Source: Ranitomeya imitator
Taxonomy: Eukaryota
Assembly: GCF_032444005.1 (NCBI RefSeq)
Contig: NC_091283.1
Location: 384,772,001-384,836,000, forward strand
Direction: 5' to 3'
DNA: 64,000 nt
In this document: one piece after another, positions 49,201-61,577 of the stretch
Layout: each line of letters starts with the position of its first letter
How positions within the stretch are numbered: position 1 is the stretch's first letter
The notes under the pieces: generated by a model
The model's input: only the letters and a program-made list of their open reading frames with translations
The model's database searches: none
What the model was told of the DNA's origin: nothing
Translations under genes and position numbers: made by a program

Positions 49201-50923
49201 TTGTTTGGGGAAACCCTCGATGACATTTTACAAAAAGCCGGGGATAAGAAGAAGGGGTTCCCTAACCTGGCAACACCATTTGTTAAGCGGCCCTTTCGGA
49301 GTAGGAAGTTTTTCCGGAGACGTCCCCCAAGGGAACAGAACAGATGGGATGATGGGAGAATGAAACTAAACAGTTATGTAAAAAATCAGACCTTCAAAAT
49401 AGAATCAATAAAATCAACAATCAAAAACCTGTTTCCGAATTGCTTCATGATAGTACGCGTCGCTGAGATCCAACACTATCACGTCCCCATCCACAAAAAC
49501 ACCCAGAAATGCCTCAGACTAGTGGTAGTCATGGGAGGAGAAATAAAACAATACCAGTACAAGGCCCTTCCATTTGGCATTTCAGTAGCACCCCGTATAT
49601 TTACCAAATTGGTAGCGGAAATGATGGCCCACATAAGAGAAAAAGACATTCTAATTATACCATATCTGGACGACTTTCTAATTGTCAGCAACTCAGCCCA
49701 ACACTGTCGCCAACAATGCGACAGAGTAATAAAAATTCTAACGGAGTTAGGTTGGCTCCTAAATCAACAAAAGTCAAAACTGGAACCGACCAGGGTTCAA
49801 GAGTTTTTGGGCCTAACTTTGGACTCGATAACACAGGAATGTCGTCTTCCAGACCAGAAAAAAACGAAAATATCAAATCTTGTGTCCAGAGCTCGCTCAA
49901 ACCCTCATATGACCCTGAGAGGGCCGATGTCACTGCTGGGGTCCCTTTCTGCTTGTCTCCCAGCAACACAGTGGGCACAATTTCACACGAGGGACCTCCA
50001 GTGGGATTTTCTGAGGAATCAGGTTACACTGGGGGGACACCTAGAAGGACACATGACTCTAAATTCAAACACTATTCGTTCCCTAGCCTGGTGGTTAGAT
50101 TCCAACAACCTATCAAAGGGGGTTCCGTGGGTAATAGACATATCTCGGATAGTTACCACGGATGCCAGTCCCACAGGTTGGGGAGCTCACCTGGACAACA
50201 GTATCACTCAGGGAGTCTGGACAGATCAAGAATACGAGGTATCCTCAAATCAAAAAGAACTTTGGGCAGTGAGCCACGCTCTATCATTTTCTCTTCCCAG
50301 CCTGCAGGGGCATCATGTCCGGGTTTTTTCGGACAATCAGGTAGTGGTAGCCTACCTGAACCATCAGGGGGGGACCAGATCCCAAACCCTAATGAAGGCC
50401 ACTTCCCAGATCTTCACCTTAGCAGAAGACAACTTCCTATCCCTCTCTGCGCTACATATAAAGGGGGTAGAGAACCAAAAAGCAGACTTCTTAAGCCGTA
50501 TCTGGTTAAAACAGGGGGATTGGGCGCTGAACCAAAGCATCTTCGATCGGATCACCAAAATCTGGGGGGTCCCTGTAATAGACCTCGTTGCCAGTGCAGA
50601 AAACAGAAAAGTAAAGGAATTTTGTTCTCTGAACCCCAGAGGGGGCCCTCAGGCTCTGGATGCATTCACGATCCCCGGGTCTTGCATACGCTTTTCCCCC
50701 TCATATACTTATCCCAGCAGTTCTGCGGAAAATCAGACAGGACAGGGCGAAAATCATCCTAATAGCCCCCTTCTGGCCCAAAAGGGCCTGGTTTTCCTGG
50801 CTGAGAATCCCATCGGGCACCGATCCCTTGGTTCTTCCGGACCTCTTATCACAGGGACCGATGTTCCACCCTCAGTCAGCAAACCTCCACTTGACAGAGT
50901 GGAACTTGAGAGGTAACTACTAA
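49201..50923 (+). pseudogene. pol: DIRS RT-RNase H-methyltransferase-like ORF (5' RT apparently deleted; frameshift near 50675)
   Basis: YKALPFGISVAPRIFTK, PYLDDFLI, VTTDASPTGWGA, SNQKELWAV, VFSDN, HIKGVENQKADFLSR, IDL.AS..N.K, YAFPP. Confidence 0.9.
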
Positions 50924-51927
50924 GGGCAAGGGGCTTTTCAGATAATTTAGTGTCTACGCTATTAAAAAGTAGAAAAACTGTAACAACTAAAATCTACGGT
51001 AAGACCTGGAAAAAGTTTGTCCACCTCTGGGGTAAAACTACAAGATGGGGTCCCAGTGGTCAAAATATTAGAATTTCTACAGAAAGGCTTGGATATGGGC
51101 CTCTCGGTGAGCACCTTAAAAGTGCAAATAGCGGCTTTAGGTGCATTATACAGTGAGAATATTGCCACTAACCCATGGGTAACAAGGTTAAAGCTGCAAT
51201 ACGGTCTAAACCCTTAAAAATCGAAAGCCTTCCAACCTGGGACTTAAATTTAGTCTTATCAGCTCTGACAGAACCTCCGTTCGAGCCCATAGATTCGATA
51301 CCACTTAAAATCTTATCTCTCAAAACGTCCCTTCTCACAGCTTTGACATCTGCCCGTAGAATTAGTGACCTCCAGGCTCTATCTGCGAACCCTCCCTTCA
51401 CGCAAATCATGGATGATAGGGTAATACTAAAAACAGACCCCGCTTATCTACCCAAGGTTGCTTCCAATTTCCACAGGTCCCAGGAAATAATCCTTCCTTC
51501 CTTCTGCCCAAACCCTAAAAATAAAAAAGAGGAAAGGTTCCACACATTAGATGTGAGAAGGTCTTTAATATATTACTTAGAATCCTCCCGACAGTATAGG
51601 AAGGAAGGGTCTCTCTTTATCTGTTTTCAGGGACCTAGGAAAGGACTCAAAGCCTCCAAAAGCACTATAGCTCGCTGGGTAACTGATGCGATAGCCTTGG
51701 CATACTCATCCACGGGAAATGCAGTTCCTGAGGGGCTCAAGGCGCACTCTACAAGAGCTATGGCGACCTCCTGGGCCGAAAGGTCGGAGGTACCAATAGA
51801 CAAAATCTGTGAGGTGGCCACCTGGTCATCACCTTCAACCTTCTTTAGGCACTACCACTTAGAGCGGGCCTCTTCGTCTGACTTAACCTTCGAAAGAAGG
51901 GTCTTGCAGGCTGTGGTCCCTCCCTAA
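50920..51927 (+). pseudogene. DIRS tyrosine recombinase (frameshifted N-terminal half)
   Basis: WDLNLVL, LTSARRISDLQAL, AHSTRAMATSWA, ATWSSPSTFFRHY (R..H..R..Y tetrad). Confidence 0.9.
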
Positions 51928-51946
51928 AGCAATAATCTCTGTAATT

Positions 51947-52029
51947 CTCTCTGGTAGTGCTGTCATGGGCGACTGAGAATAGAGTAGTTACTTACCAATA
52001 ACGGTATTTCTCAGAGCCCATGACAGCAC
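51947..52029 (+). other. DIRS internal complementary region (ICR)
   Basis: First half is the reverse complement of the left terminus (tttctcagtcgcccatgacagc); second half is the reverse complement of the right terminus (gtgctgtcatgggctctgagaaataccgttatcggtaagtaactactctatt). Confidence 0.9.
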
Positions 52030-52880
52030 CTGCTTATTCCCCCCCCCTGTCACGTGTGTGGTGAGCACCTTATTATATGAACTGTGTGTTTCTAATTGAG
52101 ACACGGTGTAATCCTGATAAGTATTTTGTTAAAATTGTATATTTTCCTGTTGTCATTAACCTGGAGGACCTCTGATGCTCTGTAAACCAAACTGACGCAG
52201 GAGAGAGGTACCGCCCTTTTTATCCTGTAGGTTTCCTGTCCCTGAAGGGTGGATTCCCTCTCTCTAGTAGTGCTGTCATGGGCTCTGAGAAATACCGTTA
52301 TCGGTAAGTAACTACTCTATTATGCCCCAACCATATAAGCCCCTAATAAGGCTACAACCCACATTTGACTCCTAGTTACAATAGAAAAATGACATGCGGT
52401 AAGGTACCTATATAAACAGCATTGCCCCAGTATAATAAAAATACCTTAATACATATAAAGCAGCCCATTAACCTGTAAATCCAATAAAGTTTTTAGAGCC
52501 TTGAAGATATAATGATCCTCTGGCAAAGCTACCCTGTCAGTGGTTATAAATAGTGCAATAGCAAACTCTCAGATAGTGAGGGGAACAAAGACATGATAAT
52601 ATAAGATACCACTAATAAATAGGCAGAATTGCTACCTTGAGCTGAACAATGACGTATAGTATACAGTATATATTCACCAACGCACCCCAATAGGTGTGTA
52701 GTAATGATCCCTTAAAACATATAACGCAGCCCATGAACCTAAGATTACAATAAAGGTTTGAAGCCTAGAGGATATGGTAATCCTCTGGCAGAAGAGACTT
52801 GCCAGTGACTACTCAAAATGCAATAGCAGACCCTTATATAGTAGGAGAAGCAGAAGCTAGATATTGCAAGATAACACTAA

Positions 52881-53600
52881 AGTAGTAAGAGCACCCCCCT
52901 CTCGTCAAAACGCCCACTTCCGGCTTCTGACAGGTTCCCCGCTCCTTTTTGACACCTTTTAGCACTAACCCCGCTCCACTTCTGGTCTTAACCCCTCCCC
53001 TCTCCTCCCCATTTGCCACCCACTCTCCGCCCCTCTGTGTGTCACTATCCGTGACGTCAGTTCCGTGCCCGCCCCGGAAGCCGCCCTGAGCCTTCGCGGG
53101 CAGGGTCCTCATTCCTCCTGTACCAGTTATGACTTGTATTGTTTAAGATTATTGTACTTGTTTTCATTATGTATACCCCTCCTCACATGTAAAGCACCAT
53201 GGAACAAATGGCGCTATAACAATAAATAATAATAATAACCTGTTACTTCAGTTCCGTCCCCGCCCCGGAAGCCGCCCTGTTCAGTCTCTGTTATGTCCCC
53301 CATGACCGCCCATTCGCCGCCCATCTTGTGGGCTTATGAAGCATTCCTTGATAGATGGAGAGGCCAAGTCCGCCCCACTTCCTGTCTAAACCACTCCAGT
53401 GTGTAAGATTGGGTTTATGTAGTAGTTCCTGATAGGTGGAGAGACCAAGTCCTCCCCACATCCTGTCTAGACCTCTCCAGTGTGTAAGATAGGGCTTATG
53501 TGTCGTTTCTTGATAGGGCTTATGTGTCGTTTCTTGGAGAGACCAAGTCCGCCCCACCTCCTGTCTAAACCTTTCCAGCGTAAGAATAAACATGTCTTGA
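52881..53600. promoter_or_regulatory. Maverick terminal (TIR-like) region with GC boxes, ETS-type CCGGAAG sites, a CRE (TGACGTCA at 53052-53059) and ~76-bp repeats
   Basis: Motifs read directly. TIR status is inferred from the AGTAGT terminus; the partner end is not in the window. Confidence 0.5.
53087..53238 (+). mobile_element. L2 3' tail fragment
   Basis: gagccttcgcgggcagggtcctc...tgtaaagcaccatggaacaaatggcgctataacaataaataataataataa; similar to the 4884-5044 tail. Confidence 0.72.
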
Positions 53601-54065
53601 CATGTTTTGTGTGAGAAGACAGTCCCAGGGTTAATGACAGCTGTCTGTAGAGTTCATAGCCCTCCAGGTTGTGTAGGAAAACTTGTCAAGACGTGTTTTG
53701 TGAGAGAAGTCTCAGGATCCTGCGACGGTTGTAGCTTTCATAATAATGATGTGATAAAATACATTTATTGTAGCATCACGTTGAGGTATACCCAAATCAA
53801 GAAATGAAAAAGGCGCAAATAGATCTAAAAATACAGCGTTATACACACAATCCTATAGGTTCCAATACAGGCATTTCAAAGCTAACATTTAAAGAAATGA
53901 AAAAGGGGCTTCGTGTAATAATTCCAGAGTCGTTCAACCAGTTTTTAGCTAAAAGACGCTAAACAAGCTTATTGTAGCTTCACGTAGAGGTATACACAAA
54001 TCAAGAAATGAAAAAGGTGTAAATAGATCTAAAAAATACAGCGATATACAAAACATGCCTATAGG

Positions 54066-54628
54066 TTACAATACAGTCATTTCAAATTTAACATTTACAA
54101 AGTTAACCACGCGCTTGGCGACAGTGGCGAGATTCTCTACAATCAAAACAAGATTTTCAACAAGGTCCAACAAATGGGTGCTGGGAACGACGGAACCTTT
54201 GTAGACAAATTCACCTTTCTCAGTCCATGTAACAATATCTTTGTGTTGCAAGAAGCTGCTGAGTAGTATTTCGGCATTTTTTCGGAAACGGGGGTTGATG
54301 TGTTCTATAAGCTCGGGGGCAGAGGGTCGTATCACTATTTCGGCCACTGGTGATGGTGATTGTTCACCATCAGGAGGGGTCACAAGATTTAAACGCGTAA
54401 GTTCAGAAACGTCACGTTTAGCGTGCAGCAAACTTCGCTGTAGTATTTCGGTGTACCTTTTAATCTTTACATCGTCAGGCAAATCAGTATGTCGTAGAAT
54501 GGCGCCGATTTTGTCGTCTAACCTTTGGAGGGTCATCTGACGTACGGTAGGCCCAGACGCACCGATGTTTTTTAGTCTGTTAATCTCACGCGCAGGAACA
54601 TGTACATTTTCTCTGCATGTTCAATCAT
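54066..54628 (-). pseudogene. Conserved Maverick ORF of unknown function (MIEHAEKMYM-frameshift-VPAREINRL...RLDDKIGAILRHTDLPDDVKIKRY...); 3' end probably fused to the deletion junction
   Basis: ATG overlaps the upstream stop (ATGA at 54628-54625); a 1-bp deletion separates it from ORF 54066-54536; syntenic after the ATPase. Confidence 0.55.
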
Positions 54629-54954
54629 CTACCGGTTATTAAACTCATTATTAGCGGTATAGCAATAGCTAGAAGCGGCCCTATGAAACCTCCAGACTGA
54701 TTCAGCAGATGTTTTTTTCTCCGAATGGACACTTTTTTGTCACTCAGATTTCTTATAGCTCTACGCCATTTCTGTAATATTTTTCTTTGGCGCTCTTTGA
54801 GAGGAAGCCGGCCTTTCAGAATATTGAGAGCTATTTCCGCGATGGCAGCTATTAAATCTCTGCCGGCGGTCTTCAGAATAAACTTTCTCTCCGACGAGGA
54901 TGCTTTCATCAGCTTTTTCAAGAGTCCCCAGTTACGCCTCACTCTCTCAGACAT
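54625..54954 (-). CDS. Small basic Maverick protein with C-terminal NQSGG|FIGPLLAIAIPLIMSLI hydrophobic tail
   Basis: Open 109-aa ORF from MSERVRRN, K/R-rich, directly downstream of the ATPase. Confidence 0.65.
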   Translation of the reverse strand: MSERVRRNWGLLKKLMKASSSERKFILKTAGRDLIAAIAEIALNILKGRLPLKERQRKILQKWRRAIRNLSDKKVSIRRKKHLLNQSGGFIGPLLAIAIPLIMSLITGR

Positions 54955-55002
54955 GTTGATAGAATGAAGGTTACGGGGCTGAATAATCACCGCAGAGAAA
55001 AT

Positions 55003-55668
55003 TCACTTTTTAGAATGAATTTTTTCTTTTTGAACGTACGCTGCGGGTAAAGCTGGTGGAAACAGCCCCGTTCTTAAACGATATTCCTTGGGCGTATCAC
55101 CTCTCAAATCTACGAGCAAGAATCCGTAAGGCTCTCGCGTAGCATCTTCGAAAGCTTCTAAGAAGAAACGTGAGTTCCTCGGGTACATCTGCCGGGCCAG
55201 CGTGACAATTTGTATTTTATCGCGTGGGTTCTTAAATAGAACCATGTACTTGGTATTCAAGGTGATGGTTCTACTCTTTTTCCTCTGACAAAAAACATTT
55301 TGAGCCAAATAGAATAGGCTCAAGCTTCTATGATGAACGTACTTAGTAAACGCTTTTTCCAGTTCTGAATTACAGCTAGCGGCCTCCATGAAATCGTCCA
55401 CCACCGCCAAGTTGATCTTGTCAGGCGGGAAGAGTTCATCATCTACAAACGTCTGCGGCAAACCTTCGATAAAACGAATACTGGGGAAGGAATGACTCAG
55501 TTCATCATACATTTTTTGCCAGCAAGAATAAAACCAAACAATATTATCGGGTTTGTGAGATAAATGTCTCGTCGCGTGAGCTAAAATCTGTTTGACAAAA
55601 TAGGATTTTCCAGAGTTAGAAGGGCCCGCTAGAATGCACGAGAAGGGGTGCTGTAACCGGGGGTCCAT
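55003..55668 (-). CDS. A32/FtsK-HerA-like DNA packaging ATPase
   Basis: MDPRLQHPFSCILAGPSNSGKS (Walker A), LAVVDD (Walker B), HHRSLS, LAQN, ITLNTKYMVLFKNPRD, PYGFLLVD. ORF is open. Confidence 0.92.
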   Translation of the reverse strand: MDPRLQHPFSCILAGPSNSGKSYFVKQILAHATRHLSHKPDNIVWFYSCWQKMYDELSHSFPSIRFIEGLPQTFVDDELFPPDKINLAVVDDFMEAASCNSELEKAFTKYVHHRSLSLFYLAQNVFCQRKKSRTITLNTKYMVLFKNPRDKIQIVTLARQMYPRNSRFFLEAFEDATREPYGFLLVDLRGDTPKEYRLRTGLFPPALPAAYVQKEKIHSKK

Positions 55669-55853
55669 GATGTTGAATGTTTGAGAACCGTGGCGTGGCT
55701 GTGTAAATTCCAGAGCACGTTTCTCTTTATACGTCACGGCTCTGTCTATAGCTACGCTTCGGGCGCTTGATGGTGCTGTAGTCTGTATCGTATTCTGCAC
55801 CTGTAGCGGAGATAAAGGGACATCAGTTGTTTGAAGAAAAGGGGAATTCAGCT

Positions 55854-58800
55854 CTAATAACCGTAGGGTAAAGAAGTAAAGTCATCAAACAACTGCCTCT
55901 TGGTATAGACGCAGTGTTGAGTTTTGCGTAAGGGGCGAGTTACAATGTCCCAGTACTTTTTGACCCGCACAATACCATTCTGCTCTACGACGAGCGTCTT
56001 TTCTTTTTCAGGAGCTGTAGAGGAAGTGTAAGCTAACACTAGATCTTTTAGACTCTCAAAATTGATAACACCGGCGTTAGCGATATTTAGGGTTATGCCT
56101 TTCACTTTCAAGACCGTGATACCCGTGTTTAATTTGTAGCCGTAAGTTTTCGGCCCGGCGGATGCAAATTCTGTGATGTGACTCCCCGGAGGTATTTTGC
56201 TGGTGAGTTCACCCAGGTAGTCTCCTAAGGGCGGCTGCCACTCGCCGTCACGACTTACAAAAATGACAGAGTCCGTGTCGTGGTAAAGACACCGCTCTTG
56301 CAATTTGTCTAGAAGTGTGTACAATTCTAAGCGCGCATAAGTTGTTGTGAAGCATGCAATGAAAATGTTGGTGTTTTTGTTGGCTGTGCGGTGTTCTTTT
56401 GTGTATTTCCAATTGACAGTCACCGTATCGTCGCTGATAAAGTTTAACTCTGAAACCTCATAGTACGGGAGAAAGGCGTACTCAAAGAGTTCATCGGCGC
56501 TGTTCACGATGCTGGTGGTAGGTAGGTTAGAGCGCTGCGCAAACTTACCCCATAAAGAGTTTAAGAATAGTTTAGCGATTTGTCTTTTAGCTGAATTTGG
56601 CTCTATATGATCGGGGTTTAACTTTATACCTTCTTTTTCAAGATAGGCGTCTACATAGTCTTTTTTCATGGTATCGTCTGTGCACCACGCGGGGTAACCC
56701 GTGGCTTCCTGTTTGTGTCTAAGATGTAAATCGATGTATTGCGCAAATAGATCGGTCGCCGTCTCCTCAAAATGCCACACCTCGTAAATGTGTGCTAGCC
56801 TGTAACCCTTCTCCACCGCCATTTCTAACTCTATCGTGCACCACGTACCTGTCAGTGCCCTCTCTTCCTCCGAATGAGCGCAGGGAGCCGCTTCTGAATG
56901 CAAAGCGCATGTGTGACAGAGGGGAAAGATCAATTTTTTGTTCATTTTAACAGGGAGCACTGGGAAAAACAAATCCCTGGGAGGGTAGACTTTCACTTTG
57001 GCTATGCCAAAGTACTGCTGGATGTCCTACGGGGTACACTTTTGTTTTATTGACGTACAGGTATAAACTGGTGAAATCGTAGTACTCTATAGTTTCACCG
57101 GGTTCTTGTTTGTGATAGAGCTTGATGGCGTTAGTACGACCCCCGTACAGAGCGTTACGAGGCTCTAACGGTTCTGGGAAGTGCATGTGGCGCAGAAACG
57201 CTTGTAGGGCAGAGTTTTTTTTCAACCATCTCACGCCATTCGTGCTCCCACAATACGTGGACGGCGAACCCCTGTTGAAGTAAGAAATGTTTCTTCACTT
57301 CAAACATGCGATACAATTGCCCGTAAGTGGTCTTTGTGAGTTTGTTTGTGTCATTCTCGTTATAGCAAACGGGACAACCGTGGTAAAAACAACCCTGAAA
57401 TTCAAAAGCCGTGGGGCATCCGCTGACGAGCGTATAGCCATCTAGAAAAAAGTTTCCTACTCTTTTCTCACCGCTGTTCAAAGCGTGTTGCAGATCTAGG
57501 TTCTCTGTACGCGCTACGTACATTAACCATTGAATAGCGGGGGACGAGTAACGTTTGTGCTTTTTGTGATAATTATCCCCCGGCAAAATGGCTATTTTGT
57601 CTTCGGGGAGAAGTTTAAAGCGGTACATGGCCAAACAAACAGCTGCTAGCGTTGTGAGCTGAAACGGATCTATACTGATGAGTTTTTCAGTAAATTTATT
57701 TTCACGCTTACAGAATTGTATTTGTTTTTGGCCGTCATTTCCATGACGCGCTCGCGATACACAACGCAGGCGCGTCTCAAGACCTCTACGTCCTGTTGAC
57801 AGTAAGCTTTGAGCTCAGCTTGCAAATCAAACGTATTGTTTTTCACCGATTCGTACCACGTTGTAAATTCCTTTTTCTCACTATGCGTCATGTACTCTAC
57901 ACCATAATAGCTAGCAGCCGGTATAGGCCCTACATAGGTCTGATTTTCATCGGTGTTAAAAAAATGTGGAAAGTGCCCCTTAACACCTGAAAATCCCATA
58001 GCTTGCGGCAACTTACTGAGCTTCATGGTAATGAAATTTAAAGAGTCGATGAATCTCATGTCTAAATCTGGTAATGATACGCACAAAAGGCGACCGCCTT
58101 GTGCTATGATGTTAACGCGTAGCTTCTCATGGATCAGCTCTTAAATGATAAAGTAGGAATCGTATCGAGCCGCATTGTGAGCTATAAAAGTGTAGCCTAC
58201 ATATCCTCCCTTTGTAAAAAAAATGTACAAAATCGGTAGTACACCTTTTACCCTCAAACTACCGGCTAGATACACCGTGCAAATCCGTGGCAAAAACGTA
58301 ATTGGGCTGGTGAGTTCCCGTCTGTTGCGTACATTAAAAATCGTAAAAAATGTATCGTTTCGTAGATTACTTCGGCATATAGCGCTGCATATAACATAGA
58401 TGTCTATAGAATCTGTTCACCGGAACACCGCAAACGGTGCATCGTACACCGACGCATCGGTGTTCGTCATCCGCGGTTTGGGGGATGTAACGATAGCACC
58501 GCTCGCAGAAAAATTTAAGTTTCCAAAATGACCAGTCAGTCTCAGCGAGACTTCTGTGGAGTTCTAAGCAACTCGCCGAACGACAAAAAACTAGACAGCG
58601 GGGGCATCTCAACTGCTCCGCAACTGTATCAGCGCAATCCGCCCTCTGACACGTGGCGCAAAAGTATTGACAAGAGTGATTATTTTTGTGATGAAATGCG
58701 GAACTGCACTTTTCACAAAAGAATTTCGCTCCTATGAATCCTTTTATATTTTTTATTCCGTAATAATGTTTTTCATGATGCAGAATATACAATATTTTGT

Positions 58801-59491
58801 CTATGGGTTCTCTATCCGTGTGAAAATAGCGCCAGTCTCCCTGACTAAAGTATAGAACTTTAATGGTAACGTTCAAATACGTCTCAAACGCGCTAATGTC
58901 GCTAAAGCTCACTAGTTGATCGTCGGGTAGTTTCAAATTTCTGTGCAACTCTGCAGCACTTTTCATTAAATCAGTGTCAGGCGCGTCTTCTTCAGCCAGT
59001 AAGGCGTAGAGAAACGCTGCCAAACACTGATTAGAACCGTAATTGTTAAAATCAAACAACATTTGGCGTTTCTGATGAATAATTCTCGTGTAAACTATAG
59101 ATCTCAATCGTCTGTGTTTTGTACCTCCCCGTCTATTCCTCACGACGCTTACTATTACTTTCAAGCAGTCACCGGCGATGCACTCGGCGTTGCTTTGCAA
59201 TACGTTGCTCACAGCATTTAGGAAAGCAGTCGCGTCAAAATTATCTCTACATTGTTTAAAACCGTAGACTGGGTTTAGTCTACCGTCCCCTTCTAATCTT
59301 AATTGTATAAAGTCGCCCGGGTCAATATCCCTCATGATTCTATCCAGTAACGTTTGAATACAACCGTGTATGATCTCCAAACTTTTTTCAAAGGATTGTA
59401 TACGGTCTAAGTTCACAAATCTAAAATGGTCGATATACTGATAGGCGTTGAGGTTACTCATCTCCCTACGAATGTGAAATAAGTGTTCCAA
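55854..59491 (-). pseudogene. Protein-primed family B DNA polymerase (pPolB) with an N-terminal extension and an inserted Vsr-like nuclease segment; multiple frameshifts and stops
   Basis: Exo YIFYDF*CTQ, FIAHNAARYD, FIDSLNF, KGHFPHFFN, YCQQDV; LDGY..AFEFQGCFYHGCP; LYGGRTN, YYDFTSLY, KLFLNSLWGKFAQR, YHDTDSVIF, GPKTYGY, KVKGITL. Confidence 0.93.
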
Positions 59492-60608
59492 AAACGGCGA
59501 ATGCTCGCCTATGGCCGGTGTATGAGGCGGTGAAAACTGTGACGCCGCTCCTTGGCTGTAGGTGTCTCCGCCGCTGAATTCTGCAGAGCGTCTGGGAATT
59601 GCGAATCTATCGAGGATTCGCGATCTGACGCCTCAGTGTCGGCGGTCGGTAAAACCTGAAGAGCTGTAGTATTCTGTGGGGATAGCGCTTGCGTAACGTG
59701 TGTTGAGTGAATAGCAGTGCGTTTTACCCTATTCTTGCGTTTTTTTCGCCTCTTTAACGTACGTTTAGCGTATGTTGTATTTTTAATACATCGTTTTATG
59801 ACTCGTGTTTTATTGAAAAAACCTTTACACGGGGGGGGGGGGGGGAGGTGCGTTTCATACCGCGACCTGTCATGCCTAGTCATAATGTACGAGCCCTCGG
59901 AATGGTTTTTAAATGCTTCAACAGCCTCAGTGTATAGAGGCTCTAAACCATTATTTTTGAAATGGACGCTCTATTCGGGCGCTGGGTGGACAGTTCTGTA
60001 CAGCGATCCAGCAGGTAAGCTAAATGATTGCGCGCATTGATAAGTGTCATGGTATTACTGTATAAGTTGTCAAATACTCTTTTTACGTCTAGGGGCCATT
60101 GTTTGTACGCTGATATACAATCGTGAGTTTTCAGCTTTTTATGTTTTATTGGGCGTGTTGTGGAGTTACGCGGACGTTTCTGAACTTTAGGCTTTTGTGT
60201 TGTAGCTATAGTGTCATAAACCCGTAATACATATGGTTCGTTACTCGCTGGCCTACCTGAGGTTCCCGCACCGCTTGTTTCAGAATCGTGGGATGTTGAG
60301 GTTCCTGCATTTAGATTGAATGAAGCGAGCCGTTTGCGGCTTTTCGCTCTGAGAGTGTCGGAGGGTTTACTTCTGTATGGTGAGTGGATTGATTCCACAG
60401 ACGGCACAGCGGCGGCCAGTGGTCAAATTCCTTTTTTTCAAAAATAGTTCTGAAGGGTTGTCTGCGCGCTGTCTTTCTCGGAGCGTCTGCGTAAGAAAAT
60501 GGAGAGCTCGTTATTAATATACTACGCATCCTGCGTAAGAAAATGGAGAGCTCGTAATTAATCTACGACGCATCCTAACAAATTAGGAAAGTGATAGTAA
60601 ACATTTAC

Positions 60609-61577
60609 ACGGCAGGTTGGTAGGTCTCCAGAGCGATTGGGTGGGTGATGAATAAGACGTTGACGCATTGTATATTTTTCTTCTGATTTTTCTTTGGTTC
60701 TTGTACCGTTGTCGCCCGGTGATGTATTTTCTTTGTCTTTTGTTTCATCGTCTGATCCTGTCAAATCGATGATGGTCTCTGAAATAAATAACCGATTATT
60801 TACCACACGTCTGCACGCTCAATTGCAGTGCACAGCGCCATTTGTGGTTGAAACTACCTTCAGTAGAGGCTGTCGGGAACGTAGGGCTCCAGGTATCCCA
60901 TTCTGGAAGTGAATATAGCGGCTGTACCGCACAAGCTTCATCGTCACTGGTGGTGACGGCCGTAGAGGCTGTCGGGAACGTAGGGCTCAAGGTATCCCCT
61001 TCTGTGAGTGAATATAGCGGCTGTACCACACAAGCTTCACCGTCGCTGGTGGTGACGGCCGGCAGGTCATCGTCAGAGCCTGTACAGTCTATGAAACTCT
61101 CTGAAATAGACAGACGTCAAATTACGGCAAAACTGCACAAAGTAATGTAGAGTACAAAGAGTTTTTTGTTACCGGACTTACCATACATAGGTGGGTTGTT
61201 ATGAGGACCTTTGGCTAGCGTGGAATTGTCCTGGCACCACTCGGCCATCACTTCAGCCTCCAATTGCTGCAGTTCGGTCAACAGCTCCTGTGAGACGGGG
61301 TATTGCGATGCTTCCGCTAACTCTGAATTAACATGACGGGCCCCAGAGACCGTTTCCCGTTGCATTTCAGCCATCAGACACTGTGGAGCTGCGTGGCATT
61401 CCTCTACCATATCCGCGTCTAGGAACATAGCTTTTAAAATAAAATTAAAGCGTGTTTGGTATCCTCCACCGTACTATAACTACATTTTCACGCATTCCCT
61501 CTAAAACTTTGCTTACTTAGCTGGCTGTCCGTGAGCCGCTCTTCGTCGTCGACGTGATCGTTAAAACTAGGGTTCAT
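60609..61577 (-). CDS. Predicted spliced acidic accessory gene of the Maverick: exons 61577-61517, 61430-61182, 61100-60858, 60778-~60609; 3' continuation uncertain
   Basis: Three GT-AG phase-1 introns (86, 81 and 79 nt) join the pieces in frame: MNPSFNDHVDDEERLTDSQL-T-MFLDAD...NNPPMY-E-SFIDCTGSDDD...PTASTE-E-TIIDLTGSDDETKDKE... Confidence 0.65.

Larger units (their letters stand above)
46579..52321 (+). mobile_element. DIRS1-type tyrosine-recombinase retrotransposon, both termini present
   Basis: Left ITR 46579-~46690 and inverted right ITR ~52186-52321; internal complementary region 51947-52029; gag, RT/RH/MT and YR ORFs. Confidence 0.93.
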
